DNA from: a virus
Taxonomy: Duplodnaviria; Caudoviricetes
Strand: one strand, 5' to 3'
DNA length: 64,000 nt
Virus record (IMG/VR): IMGVR_UViG_2799112265_000002
Coordinates: 32,001-96,000 of that record
Numbering within the stretch: the stretch's first letter is position 1; every line of letters starts with the position of its first letter. Position numbers and translations under genes: made by a program. This document shows positions 47,769-56,427 of this stretch, piece by piece. The notes under the pieces are model-generated. The model saw only the letters and a list, made by a program, of their open reading frames with translations. It did no database searches and was not told where the DNA came from.

Positions 47769-47902
47769 ATCGGACATCCCGCCGCATCCAGATCGGAAAT
47801 ACTCGGCGGACCGAATCGGAAATCCGCGACGGACCAAATCGGATTTTCTTCGCGCGCACGATCGGATTTCGCGCGTAGATATCTCCTGGTTCCTGGATCG
47901 GA
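47769..47902. repeat. ATCGGA array with 23-bp period
   Basis: ATCGGA at 47769, 47792, 47815, 47838, 47861, plus one at 47897. Confidence 0.8.
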
Positions 47903-48218
47903 TTTTCGCCCCTCGCGGGGGCGCCCCCGCCCGCGCCCTCGCTCCCCGCCCGCGCCCCCGCCGCGCCCCTCCCGGGCCCGCCGGCCGCGGACGCTGGCCA
48001 GCCCCTCGCCGGCTCCGCTGGCCGTCGCCGGCCTCGCTGGCCGTCGGGCTCAGCGCTCGCCGCGCCGTTCACCGGCTCCGCCGGCTGCCACACCCCCGCT
48101 GACCTGGGCCTTCGCCGGGTCCGCGGGCATGAAAAAAGGCCCCCACCGCGTCCTGCTGGCCGGTGGGGGCCTTACGTGTTCCATGAAACGCCTTCTACCT
48201 GCGGTTTTCAAGGGTTGA

Positions 48219-48268
48219 AAAGCGATTTCCTGAGTACGCTTGACAACACGTAATGCGCCCTGGATAGT
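48219..48268 (+). promoter_or_regulatory. Promoter cassette
   Basis: AAAGCGATTT; TTGACA(48240)-17nt-GATAGT. Confidence 0.7.
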
Positions 48269-48320
48269 CGGCCTTCCGCTCGACGCACACGGCGCCGAGC
48301 ACACGGAAGGAACGCACGAC

Positions 48321-49496
48321 ATGAGCGCCAAGACGATCACCCGCCCCCAGGCCCTGGCCCTGCGCAACGCGGACGAGCTGCCGGAAGAGCTGCTGCGCCC
48401 CGTGGACGCACTGCGCGGCCTGCGCGTCGTGGACGCCCGCCCCAACACCTGCGCCGCCCTGGTCCGCCTGGGCCTGGCCGAGGAGATCGAGGGTCAGCAC
48501 GTACTCACCCGCGCCGGGGAGAACGTCCGGGCCATCACGGAGCTGGACTACCTCCCGCGCCTTGACCTGATCGCCGCCATGGTCGCCGCCGAAGCTGAGG
48601 AAGCCGCGTTGGCTGCTGAGCAGGAAAAGCACCGCCCGGAGGATGGCACCTACTACCCGGCCGAGGAAGGCGCCAAGACCTGGCGCGCGGCCTGCCCGAT
48701 GTACCGCGACGGGCGCCGCGTCTCCGCCGTGGTGGAGAACGGCGGCCAGGACCTTTACGTCTACGTGGGCGGAGAGATCATCTACGACGGCGACATGCCC
48801 GCCTTCGTCAAGACCTCCGGCGACGTGATCCCGTTCGTGCGTCAGTACGCGGAGGGTTGGGCCCTGGCCCGCGAATACCGCACCCTGTGGAGCTACCGTG
48901 ACCACGCCGGGCGCGTCTGGGGCCCGTACGCCGATGCCGAGTTTGCCCACACCGACGGTTCCGCCGAACGGTACTGCCGGGGCATCGTCGACACGACCGG
49001 CGCCGGTGAAGTGATCCGCATTGACCGCCGCCCGGAGCACTTCGAGACGACCGGCCGCAACTGGACCGACACGCGCACCGTCGTGCACGTGGCTGGCGCC
49101 CCGGCCGAGGCCGCGTGGAACGCCGCCTTTGAAAAGGGCCGTGCCCTCGGTAAGGACTACGCCGCAGCGCACGACTACGCCGACGAGGTCATTCGCAACG
49201 CGCGCATTCGCGCCGAGGCCGCCCCCGCGCCCGTCTCGGTCTACGTCACCACCGCGGACGCCGAGCGCATCGAATACGCGCACGTCCCCAACGGTGACCC
49301 CTCCCGCGTCGCTCACTTCCTGGACGCTGCCCGCGCCGTGCCCACTTACCGGGACGCCAGCACGGACCAGGTGAGCCGCTGTGAGCGCGTCGAGTGCGAG
49401 GAGCGCCCCCGCTTCATCGGGACCGCGTACGGCCGCCCTGAGCGCCTGTGCAGCTTCCACAGCTACGCCACCCAGGGCCGCCGCCCCATCGCCTAG
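48321..49496 (+). CDS. Hypothetical multidomain protein
   Basis: GGAAGG RBS before ATG 48321; the TTG start in the ORF track is the -35 box. Confidence 0.75.
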   Translation: MSAKTITRPQALALRNADELPEELLRPVDALRGLRVVDARPNTCAALVRLGLAEEIEGQHVLTRAGENVRAITELDYLPRLDLIAAMVAAEAEEAALAAEQEKHRPEDGTYYPAEEGAKTWRAACPMYRDGRRVSAVVENGGQDLYVYVGGEIIYDGDMPAFVKTSGDVIPFVRQYAEGWALAREYRTLWSYRDHAGRVWGPYADAEFAHTDGSAERYCRGIVDTTGAGEVIRIDRRPEHFETTGRNWTDTRTVVHVAGAPAEAAWNAAFEKGRALGKDYAAAHDYADEVIRNARIRAEAAPAPVSVYVTTADAERIEYAHVPNGDPSRVAHFLDAARAVPTYRDASTDQVSRCERVECEERPRFIGTAYGRPERLCSFHSYATQGRRPIA

Positions 49497-49558
49497 CCAC
49501 CCCTCAGCACCACACCCCACACCACCACCAACCCACCCCCAAACCAGGGAGTTTCGAA

Positions 49559-50305
49559 ATGCGTACTGCCAACATCCCCGCCCTGTCCGTCTCGCCGGTC
49601 GCCTCCGTCGTCGAGGGGGCCCGTCGGTTCGCCGCCCGTAACGGCCTGCCGACCCGTGACCACTGGGACTACTCCCGCGTAGTGGTGACCCCGGACGCCG
49701 TCGCCAAGATCGGCGCGGCTTACATGGAACTGCCGTTCATCGACAACGGCGCCCCGGCCGCCTGGAAGGCCATGCGCGAAGAGGTGATGCGACAGCTTGA
49801 GTTCGTCACCGCCCCCGCGTCGCGCGGCGGTCTCGGCATCACGGTGAGCGTTGAGGACGCCGACCCGTACGACGTCACCCAGCCGGGCGGCACCCGCGCT
49901 TTCTTCGATGACGTCGCCAACGGCCGCATGCGCGTTCTGTCCACCGCCGTCACCGGCTCGCACTTCTTCTTCAGTGACGACGAAAACGACGCCTTCCGCG
50001 CGGTGCACGACATCTTCGGCCACTGCGGCACCGGGCGCGGTGTCGACCGCCACGGGGAAGAGGCCGCGTACCGCAAGCACGCGCTTATGTTCTCGCCCCT
50101 CGCCCGTAAGGCGCTGGCCACCGAAACCCGTGGACAGAATCACGCGATGATCGCCAACGGCGGTGAATTCCAGGCGCAGAAGGTCGCCATCCTGCCGAAG
50201 TGGGCGCGCGACTTCGAAGCGGTCCGCCCGGCGTCCATGGCCGACTACCGCGCCGCCCTGAAGCAGGCCGCCAAGATGCACGCCTCCCAGGGCCTCGCCG
50301 GCTGA
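49559..50305 (+). CDS. Conserved phage protein with FRAVHDxFGH...GEE...TETRGQN (zincin-like) motif
   Basis: Motifs visible in the translation; GGGAG RBS. Confidence 0.75.
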   Translation: MRTANIPALSVSPVASVVEGARRFAARNGLPTRDHWDYSRVVVTPDAVAKIGAAYMELPFIDNGAPAAWKAMREEVMRQLEFVTAPASRGGLGITVSVEDADPYDVTQPGGTRAFFDDVANGRMRVLSTAVTGSHFFFSDDENDAFRAVHDIFGHCGTGRGVDRHGEEAAYRKHALMFSPLARKALATETRGQNHAMIANGGEFQAQKVAILPKWARDFEAVRPASMADYRAALKQAAKMHASQGLAG

Positions 50306-50398
50306 GACGCCGTCAGACACACCCCCCACGGGCCCGGGGGAGCGACCCCCGGGCCCTACACCACCCAACCAACCGCCCCACGCCAGGGAGCCCCGTTC

Positions 50399-51034
50399 AT
50401 GATCCCCTGCAAGCCTTCCGACTCCACCCGTCGCCGCTACGTCGCCAACATCGTTTCCGTGTTCAACCGCGCCACCGATGACCAAAAGCAGCGCGGCGCC
50501 AATTGGTATGTCACCGCTCACGAACTCGCCGAATTCCTCTCCGAGGGAAACACGCGCGCGGGAGCGGGAGTGATCGCCGCACTGAGCGCCAATAAGGCAT
50601 GGGACATAAACCAGCGCCTTGCCCGCGACGCATTCGCCGGTAACCCCCACGGCCACACCGGGGACAACCTGGCCAAGGTCGCAAAGATCCTGTCCGGCAC
50701 CGACCCGGCGGAGGTCCTGCCGATGGATGCCAAGACCGGGAATTTTTACCGCTGCATTCTCGACCCGTCCGACGCCGAAGCCGTCTGCATCGACCGCCAC
50801 GCGCACGATGTCGCCGTGGGCAGCCCCTGGGGTGACCGTGACCGGGGACTGGGCAGCAAGGGCCGTTACGCCGTTCTGTCGCTCGCCTACCGCAACGCAG
50901 CCGCCCGGCTGGAGGTGCTGCCGTCCGTCGTCCAGGCCACGACGTGGGTTGTCTGGACTGAGTCTCTCGCCGGAGTGAAGCGGCGCCCGGTGGTGGAGCG
51001 CTACGCCCACCAGACCGACGACCGCGACGCCTGA
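50399..51034 (+). CDS. HhH-glycosylase-like (DUF7178-type) phage protein
   Basis: WY, AGVIAALS, KTGNFY..ILDP, VCIDRHA, QATTW. Confidence 0.7.
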   Translation: MIPCKPSDSTRRRYVANIVSVFNRATDDQKQRGANWYVTAHELAEFLSEGNTRAGAGVIAALSANKAWDINQRLARDAFAGNPHGHTGDNLAKVAKILSGTDPAEVLPMDAKTGNFYRCILDPSDAEAVCIDRHAHDVAVGSPWGDRDRGLGSKGRYAVLSLAYRNAAARLEVLPSVVQATTWVVWTESLAGVKRRPVVERYAHQTDDRDA

Positions 51035-51067
51035 CCGACCCCCACCCAACGACAGGAGACACAGACC

Positions 51068-51190
51068 ATGATCCGCACCGCCCGCGCCACCGTCCGCGCC
51101 TACCGCGCCCAGCGCGCCCGCTTCGCCGACCCGGCGCGCGTCAGCACCGGCCGCGCTGGCGCCGCGTTCCTCCGGACGTCCGGCCGCTAG
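51068..51190 (+). CDS. Small Arg/Ala-rich protein
   Basis: AGGAG RBS; followed by a hairpin. Confidence 0.5.
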   Translation: MIRTARATVRAYRAQRARFADPARVSTGRAGAAFLRTSGR

Positions 51191-51794
51191 ACACAGCAGC
51201 CCCACGAACGCCCCTCGCCGCCCTTCTCCGGGCCGGTGGGGGGCTTTCTGCTGTCCTGGTTCAGTGAGGGGTAAGACGGACCCAGAGAGGCCCGCTGGTG
51301 GCTTCCCAGGGCCGCCCCGCCTCCACGGCCGCCCGTCCCTCCGTGGTCATGCGCGCGTCTAGCTCCCCACACGACCGCTTGAGCACCGCCCCCCGCCACG
51401 CTGGCGACAGGTGGGCCAGGGAGCGGCGGCAGGAGGAGCGCAGCGCGCCTAGAGCCCCGTCCACATCCCCTAGGTCACTGCTGTAAGCCAGCCCGGCCCA
51501 GTCCGACCCCCACGACATCGCGAGCCCCATACGGCCACCCTGCGCCCCCTCGTCCAGGGCCGCCAATTCGGGGCCAGGGGGAGCGCACCACCGCGGCCGC
51601 ACAAGAGGCGTACGTCATCCCCCACGCCAGTACGTCAACGGCTTAACGTACGGCCGCCCGTGGTCCAGGTCGCCGACGACGTCCACGCAATCCGGGGCCA
51701 GGGGAAGGCTCCCCCACTGCTGACCACTCCCAGGGACACAGCACCACCACACACACGGCCATGCGGTCGCCAGTCAAAGCCGCGTAACTCGCCA

Positions 51795-52128
51795 TTTGCT
51801 GAGTTGCTACAGCGTGTTTGCTCACCCTGGTATCTCGGGGCCTATTTGCAGCTTTGCAATTCCCCGAATCTCGGCAGTGGCCTGTTTGCATTTTGTCGAT
51901 TTAGGGGGCTGATATTTGCAGCGCTCGGGGGTTGACAGGCCGGCGACGACGTGCTTAGCGGCCATGTGTGGCGCAGCTCACGCCCTGGGGAAGGGTGCAG
52001 ATACCGCACGGAAGCGCGAGGCTTGGAATTCGTCGGCTCAGGGGGTTGACAAGCCGGCTGTCAATATGATCCAAGGAATTTGCAGAATTTGCCCCCCCTA
52101 CCCTTAAGCAAACATTTGCGAAAGCAAA
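51795..52128. repeat. Non-coding TTTGC/GCAAA repeat cluster
   Basis: TTTGC at 51795, 51817, 51845, 51853, 51885, 51915, 52079, 52088, 52115; GCAAA at 52108, 52124. Confidence 0.7.
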
Positions 52129-52157
52129 GGGCCTAGACAGCCGCGCAGCGCGACGAG

Positions 52158-52655
52158 TTGCAGATGGGGACAGTGACACAGTGGCGGGAACTCGGGGATT
52201 TGGGGGTTATCAAGCGGCTGTCACTGAAGACTACGCTGGCTGGTCCGCGAGCGGGAGCAGGTGAGGGCGTGTCGAAGGCAGTGCACTTCGGGGAAGAGGC
52301 CGGCGCACCAGACAGCATCTGGGGGACGTACTGGTTCCGGCGGTCGCTCGCGCCCAGGTTGCGGGAGACGGGGGACAGGGACCTCGAACACCTGGCGTCG
52401 TGGCTGGAGCGAGACGGGGAATTGGGTGAGCGAGCGGACGGGAACTTCCTGGTTCCTGAACTGCTGTGGCCGGCTGACCCGGATGACGAGGAGTACGCGG
52501 AGTGGTCGGCCGGCCGGGACCGGCTGGCGCGCATCGCTGATGCAGTCGAGCGACTGGTCGGAGATGCAGAACTGGACGACCCTCGGATGGTCGAGCTGGT
52601 CGACGGGCTGAAGTGGTCTGCGGAGCGGTGCACCAGTCCGTGGATTGGGTGGTAG
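52158..52655 (+). CDS. Hypothetical protein (start uncertain)
   Basis: Acidic protein-like ORF. Confidence 0.5.
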   Translation: MQMGTVTQWRELGDLGVIKRLSLKTTLAGPRAGAGEGVSKAVHFGEEAGAPDSIWGTYWFRRSLAPRLRETGDRDLEHLASWLERDGELGERADGNFLVPELLWPADPDDEEYAEWSAGRDRLARIADAVERLVGDAELDDPRMVELVDGLKWSAERCTSPWIGW

Positions 52656-52754
52656 CGCTAGGTCGCCGAGGTCGAGGCCGGCGAGCTGACCAGGGAGGTT
52701 GTGCAACTGAGTGACTACCGATAACGTCGGTGATCCAATGAGAGGGGGCCGTCG

Positions 52755-53300
52755 ATGGTGGTGGGACCGCAGATTACAGCCGAAGAGGCGGAGGCAGACC
52801 TGCGCGCTGCGGGGTACGAGCCGCTGGAGCCGTACCCGATGCACGTCCGGGAGTTGTGGAAGGTGCGCTGCTCGACCTGCGGGTACGAGTGGACGCTCAA
52901 CCTGAACAAGGTGCGGACGGGGCAGCGTTGCAACCACGTGCGGACGACGCCGAAGGCTGCCGTCGAGGAGCTGCTGGCCCTGGGTTTCGAGCCTTTGGAG
53001 GAGTACCCGGGCAGGCGTGATACGCCGTGGCTGATGCGCTGCGTCGAGTGCAAGAAGCCGCGACGTGTCCGGCTGGCGAACGTGAAGGGCCGGGGCCCCT
53101 GCTCGTGTGTGGAGAAGCGCAAGCAGGCGGAGGCGGAGCTGCGCGCGGCCGGCTATGAGCCGCTGGACCCGTTCCCGGGGATGGTCCGTAAGCCGTGGCG
53201 CTCGCGGTGCGTCGAGTGCGGGTCGGAGCGCCGGCCGAGCATCGACACCCTGCGGCAGGGGCGCGGGCGCTGCAAGCACATGGACAGCCGGCTGCGGTAG
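52755..53300 (+). CDS. Triple zinc-ribbon repeat protein
   Basis: Three ~60-aa repeats: LRAAGYEPLEPYP...W..RCxxC...C. Confidence 0.75.
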   Translation: MVVGPQITAEEAEADLRAAGYEPLEPYPMHVRELWKVRCSTCGYEWTLNLNKVRTGQRCNHVRTTPKAAVEELLALGFEPLEEYPGRRDTPWLMRCVECKKPRRVRLANVKGRGPCSCVEKRKQAEAELRAAGYEPLDPFPGMVRKPWRSRCVECGSERRPSIDTLRQGRGRCKHMDSRLR

Positions 53301-53308
53301 TTCGGGGG

Positions 53309-53497
53309 CTACGTGCGGGGTTCGAGGAAGACGCCGTAGGGACGCTCCTCGTATATGGACTTGCCGTACCTGCGGAGCGTGCCGTGCACGACGACGTCGT
53401 AGCCCATGCGGCGGGCGGTCGCCACGTACTTACGGGACTCGCGGACGGCGTCGGCCTTGGTGCCACGCCACAACAAAGCGTCGGACAGGTTGCGCAT
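53309..53497 (-). CDS. Small hypothetical protein, probably leaderless
   Basis: Minus-strand TTGCCC-18nt-TACTGT ends 7 nt before the ATG. Confidence 0.55.
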   Translation of the reverse strand: MRNLSDALLWRGTKADAVRESRKYVATARRMGYDVVVHGTLRRYGKSIYEERPYGVFLEPRT

Positions 53498-53536
53498 GGT
53501 TCGTACAGTAAGCGGAGCCGGTGGTTCCGGGCAACG

Positions 53537-53586
53537 AAAGCGGTTCGCGTGAATCGCTAGACAACAGGGGTACGAACCCGTAGTGT
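53537..53586 (+). promoter_or_regulatory. Promoter cassette
   Basis: AAAGCGGTTC; TAGACA(53558)-17nt-TAGTGT. Confidence 0.7.
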
Positions 53587-53619
53587 TAACGCGTAATTGA
53601 GAACGGCGTAGGAGGAGTT

Positions 53620-53787
53620 GTGGCGAAGTACGTGGTGTTCCTGCACGGTCACGCCAGCGCGCGGGTCGAGGTCGAGGCCGGCGACTTGCAGGAGGCGAAC
53701 CGCAAGGCGGTCGAGGTCGCCCCCAGGACGAAGTACGTCAGGAGCTGGACGCCGGTCATGGGCAGCAAGATCGAGGGGGGAAAGTGA
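53620..53787 (+). CDS. Hypothetical protein (55 aa)
   Basis: AGGAGGAG RBS; starts MAKYVVFLHG. Confidence 0.65.
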   Translation: MAKYVVFLHGHASARVEVEAGDLQEANRKAVEVAPRTKYVRSWTPVMGSKIEGGK

Positions 53788-54038
53788 GCGAGCAGGTCGA
53801 CTACCGCGAGATCGAGGACAAGGTGCTGCGCCGGGCGTGGAAGGCGCGCACGTTCCGCGACTACTACGGCGCGGTCGGGGCGGAGGCCCGGCGGTTCCCG
53901 CCGCGGACGTTGGACGTGTCGGTGACCGGCCGGATGGTGGTGACGCCCCCGCCGCTGCGTACGGTGCCGCGCGAGGACGGCAAGAAGACGCTGGCCGACC
54001 TGGTCGAGCTGTTGATCGAGAAGGGACAGGCGAAGTGA
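53784..54038 (+). CDS. Hypothetical protein
   Basis: GTGA overlaps. Confidence 0.65.
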   Translation: MSEQVDYREIEDKVLRRAWKARTFRDYYGAVGAEARRFPPRTLDVSVTGRMVVTPPPLRTVPREDGKKTLADLVELLIEKGQAK

Positions 54039-54265
54039 CGGATTCGGGGCAGGCGCGGAGCGCCGTACACCTGGGTGAGGGTGCGTACAAGACGCTGACG
54101 CTGCTGGAGACGACCGGGCCGGCGCCGCTGACGGCCACGCACAAGCGGAGCATGACGCTGCTGGCGTGGCTGGTCGAGCAGGAGCTGGTCGGGCTCCGCG
54201 GTCAGCTCATGGACCTGACGGACAAGGGTCGCGAGGCTTTGGGGCAGGCGCGGAGCGCCGAGTAG
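54035..54265 (+). CDS. Small wHTH-like protein
   Basis: LVEQELV...LTDKGRE pattern. Confidence 0.6.
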   Translation: MTDSGQARSAVHLGEGAYKTLTLLETTGPAPLTATHKRSMTLLAWLVEQELVGLRGQLMDLTDKGREALGQARSAE

Positions 54266-54312
54266 GCCCACCGGCCCAATTTCGAGCATTTAACTACGGC
54301 GGGGAGGATTTG

Positions 54313-54819
54313 ATGATGGCTGAAGAGATGACGACGAACCGGGCCGAGGCGATCGAGCGGGCGAAGAAGCACCCGGCCGGCATGTTCGTCAACGTGCACC
54401 GACGGGTGCTTCAGGCGATGGAGATGCTGGGGCTGGCGGAGCTGGCGGCCGACGGGGAGTTCTACCTGACCGACAAGGGGCGGGGCGAGAGCAAGCCGGA
54501 GGAGTCGAAGGTCGAGGAGCCGGCCGAGAACGCCACGGTCCGGATGCTGAAGGAGGAGTTCGACGCCATCTCCGACAACACTCCGGTCGGTATGGAGCGC
54601 GTCAACGCCACCGTCAGGGGGATGCTCCGCCAGAAGTACGCGGAAGGTGCGGCCTGGGCGATCCAGGAGCTGCGTGCCAGCGCCGCCGCGGCGCAGCGGT
54701 CCTACGAGAGCACGCAGGAGAAGGACTACAAGCGCATGGAGGAGACGCTGCGCACGGCTGCGAACGTGCTGGCGATGGACCTTCGTAAGCGCCTGATCGA
54801 CGACAGGGAAGAGGTCTGA
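54313..54819 (+). CDS. Hypothetical protein
   Basis: GGAGG RBS; YLTDKGR motif. Confidence 0.7.
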   Translation: MMAEEMTTNRAEAIERAKKHPAGMFVNVHRRVLQAMEMLGLAELAADGEFYLTDKGRGESKPEESKVEEPAENATVRMLKEEFDAISDNTPVGMERVNATVRGMLRQKYAEGAAWAIQELRASAAAAQRSYESTQEKDYKRMEETLRTAANVLAMDLRKRLIDDREEV

Positions 54820-55021
54820 GATGCGTATCGGTACGCGAATCGGGCCGGTCGGTGTGGGGTTCAGTACTCGGCGGAGGCGTAGGAGGAAGGGGACCGGGCC
54901 GCTGGGCACCGTGGTCTTCCTGCTCATGGTCGGGTACCTGATCTATTGGAACCACTGACGTACGCCCGCGGAGGGCCCCTGCCTGGGAGACCGGGTGGGG
55001 GCCCTTTGTGTTACGCGTTTT

Positions 55022-55071
55022 AAAGTGGTCTGTCGAAACCGCTTGACGGTACCTAGTTGCTCGGATAGATT
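55022..55071 (+). promoter_or_regulatory. Promoter cassette
   Basis: AAAGTGGTCT; TTGACG(55043)-17nt-TAGATT. Confidence 0.7.
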
Positions 55072-55131
55072 CCTCTTACTGCTTCGGAAGACGTAAGTAC
55101 GAAGCCGTAACAGGAAGCGTGAGGGGTTCGT

Positions 55132-55395
55132 GTGAGCCAGCAGCAGAAGGCACCGCTCCCGGTCGGAGCGCGCATCGCCTACATGCCGGACGGGTACAGC
55201 CTGGTGCCGGCCGTCGTGGTCGCGATCGAGCGGACCAACTCCGGGAGCTGGCGCGGGGACATCCGCACGCAGGACGGCCTGCTGGAGAACCGCTCGCTGA
55301 ACCCGGAGTACTTCATCCGGCAGCAGCACCTCCAGCAGGTGAACCGGACGGCCTGGGCGAACATCTGGGACGAGCTGGCGGCGGAGGGCAAGTGA
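55132..55395 (+). CDS. Hypothetical protein
   Basis: GAGG RBS; downstream of a promoter. Confidence 0.65.
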   Translation: MSQQQKAPLPVGARIAYMPDGYSLVPAVVVAIERTNSGSWRGDIRTQDGLLENRSLNPEYFIRQQHLQQVNRTAWANIWDELAAEGK

Positions 55396-55719
55396 TGCAC
55401 GAGAACCCCACGGATGCCTGGGCGCACCAGGAAGGCCCGCTCGAACTGGGTGAGCTGGGTGCCGGCATCGGTATCGACCCGAGCCTGTGCGGAGACGGCT
55501 TCCCCCGCGAGGAGTGCCCCAACGGCGCCAAGTGCGCCGACAAGGGCTAGCTCAGTCTCCGGTCCGGTCCGTCGACAGCGAAGGAGTCGGCGGGCCGGGC
55601 CGGTCCTACCACCTGGAGATTGGCGTGAGACGCCTTAATACCTAGTCCGGGTATTCGGGTGCCCGGCGGGCGGCGTCCCACCGGGCACCTGTCCCACCAC
55701 CGAGAGGTGCAACTCTCCG

Positions 55720-56427
55720 ATGGGACTCCTCAACCCTATCCAGAGCTGGCGCGCAAGACGCGCGAGCAAGCCTGAGACAGAGCCTGTCTCACCCCCTTCT
55801 CGCCCGCTGGGCGGCCTGCACGCGACCGGTCTGGTCATCGGGTTCTCCACGATCCTGGTGGCGCTGGCGTTCGTGGCGCTGGTCGGTATGCGGGTGAGCT
55901 GGGTGCCCCTCCGAGACACCGCGGACGGCATCGGCCTGCACGAGGTCAGGGAGTTCTACCCCCTGGTCATCGACGGGCTGGACGGTCTGGCGGTGGTGGC
56001 CTCCCTCGCGCTGGTCGGCTCCCCGGGATACCGGTGGGCGATCGGCACGGTGGTCGGGCTCACCGCTATCTCACTCGTGCTCAACGTTGCTCACGGCTCC
56101 GCGTACGCGGGTGTGACCGGGCAGTCGGACGCCACGACGTGGGGACACGTGATCCTCGCGTCGGCCGCGCCGACCGTCTGTATCGCCCTCGGCACGCACC
56201 TGGCCGCACTCACCTTCCACCGGCTGGCGGGAGTGCTGGGACAGCGACGAGACAGCGTTGAGACACGGGAGCCGGAGGAGCCGAGGAAGCTGCTCACCAC
56301 GGCGGAGGTGGCGGACCGGCTGGGCATCAGCCGGAGCACGGTCGGCACCCGCGTCGACCGTGGGCAGCTCACGCCGGTCGTGAAGGATCCCAAGCTGGGC
56401 AACCTCTTCGACCCGGCGTCTCTGTGA
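55720..56427 (+). CDS. DUF2637 membrane protein with C-terminal HTH
   Basis: YPLVIDG, SLVLNVAH, four TM segments; LTTAEVADRLGISRSTV HTH. Confidence 0.8.
   Translation: MGLLNPIQSWRARRASKPETEPVSPPSRPLGGLHATGLVIGFSTILVALAFVALVGMRVSWVPLRDTADGIGLHEVREFYPLVIDGLDGLAVVASLALVGSPGYRWAIGTVVGLTAISLVLNVAHGSAYAGVTGQSDATTWGHVILASAAPTVCIALGTHLAALTFHRLAGVLGQRRDSVETREPEEPRKLLTTAEVADRLGISRSTVGTRVDRGQLTPVVKDPKLGNLFDPASL

Noticed and set aside
47769-47902. CRISPR-like reading of the periodic ATCGGA array
   Set aside because: The 6-bp repeat and 17-nt spacers are far too short, and there is no cas operon; kept only as a phased repeat.
51261-51602. Minus-strand 113-aa ORF
   Set aside because: The C-terminal half looks protein-like, but I found no convincing start, RBS or promoter spacing.
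52046-52070. TTGACA...TATGAT promoter
   Set aside because: The 13-nt spacer is too short; an inverted repeat explains it better.
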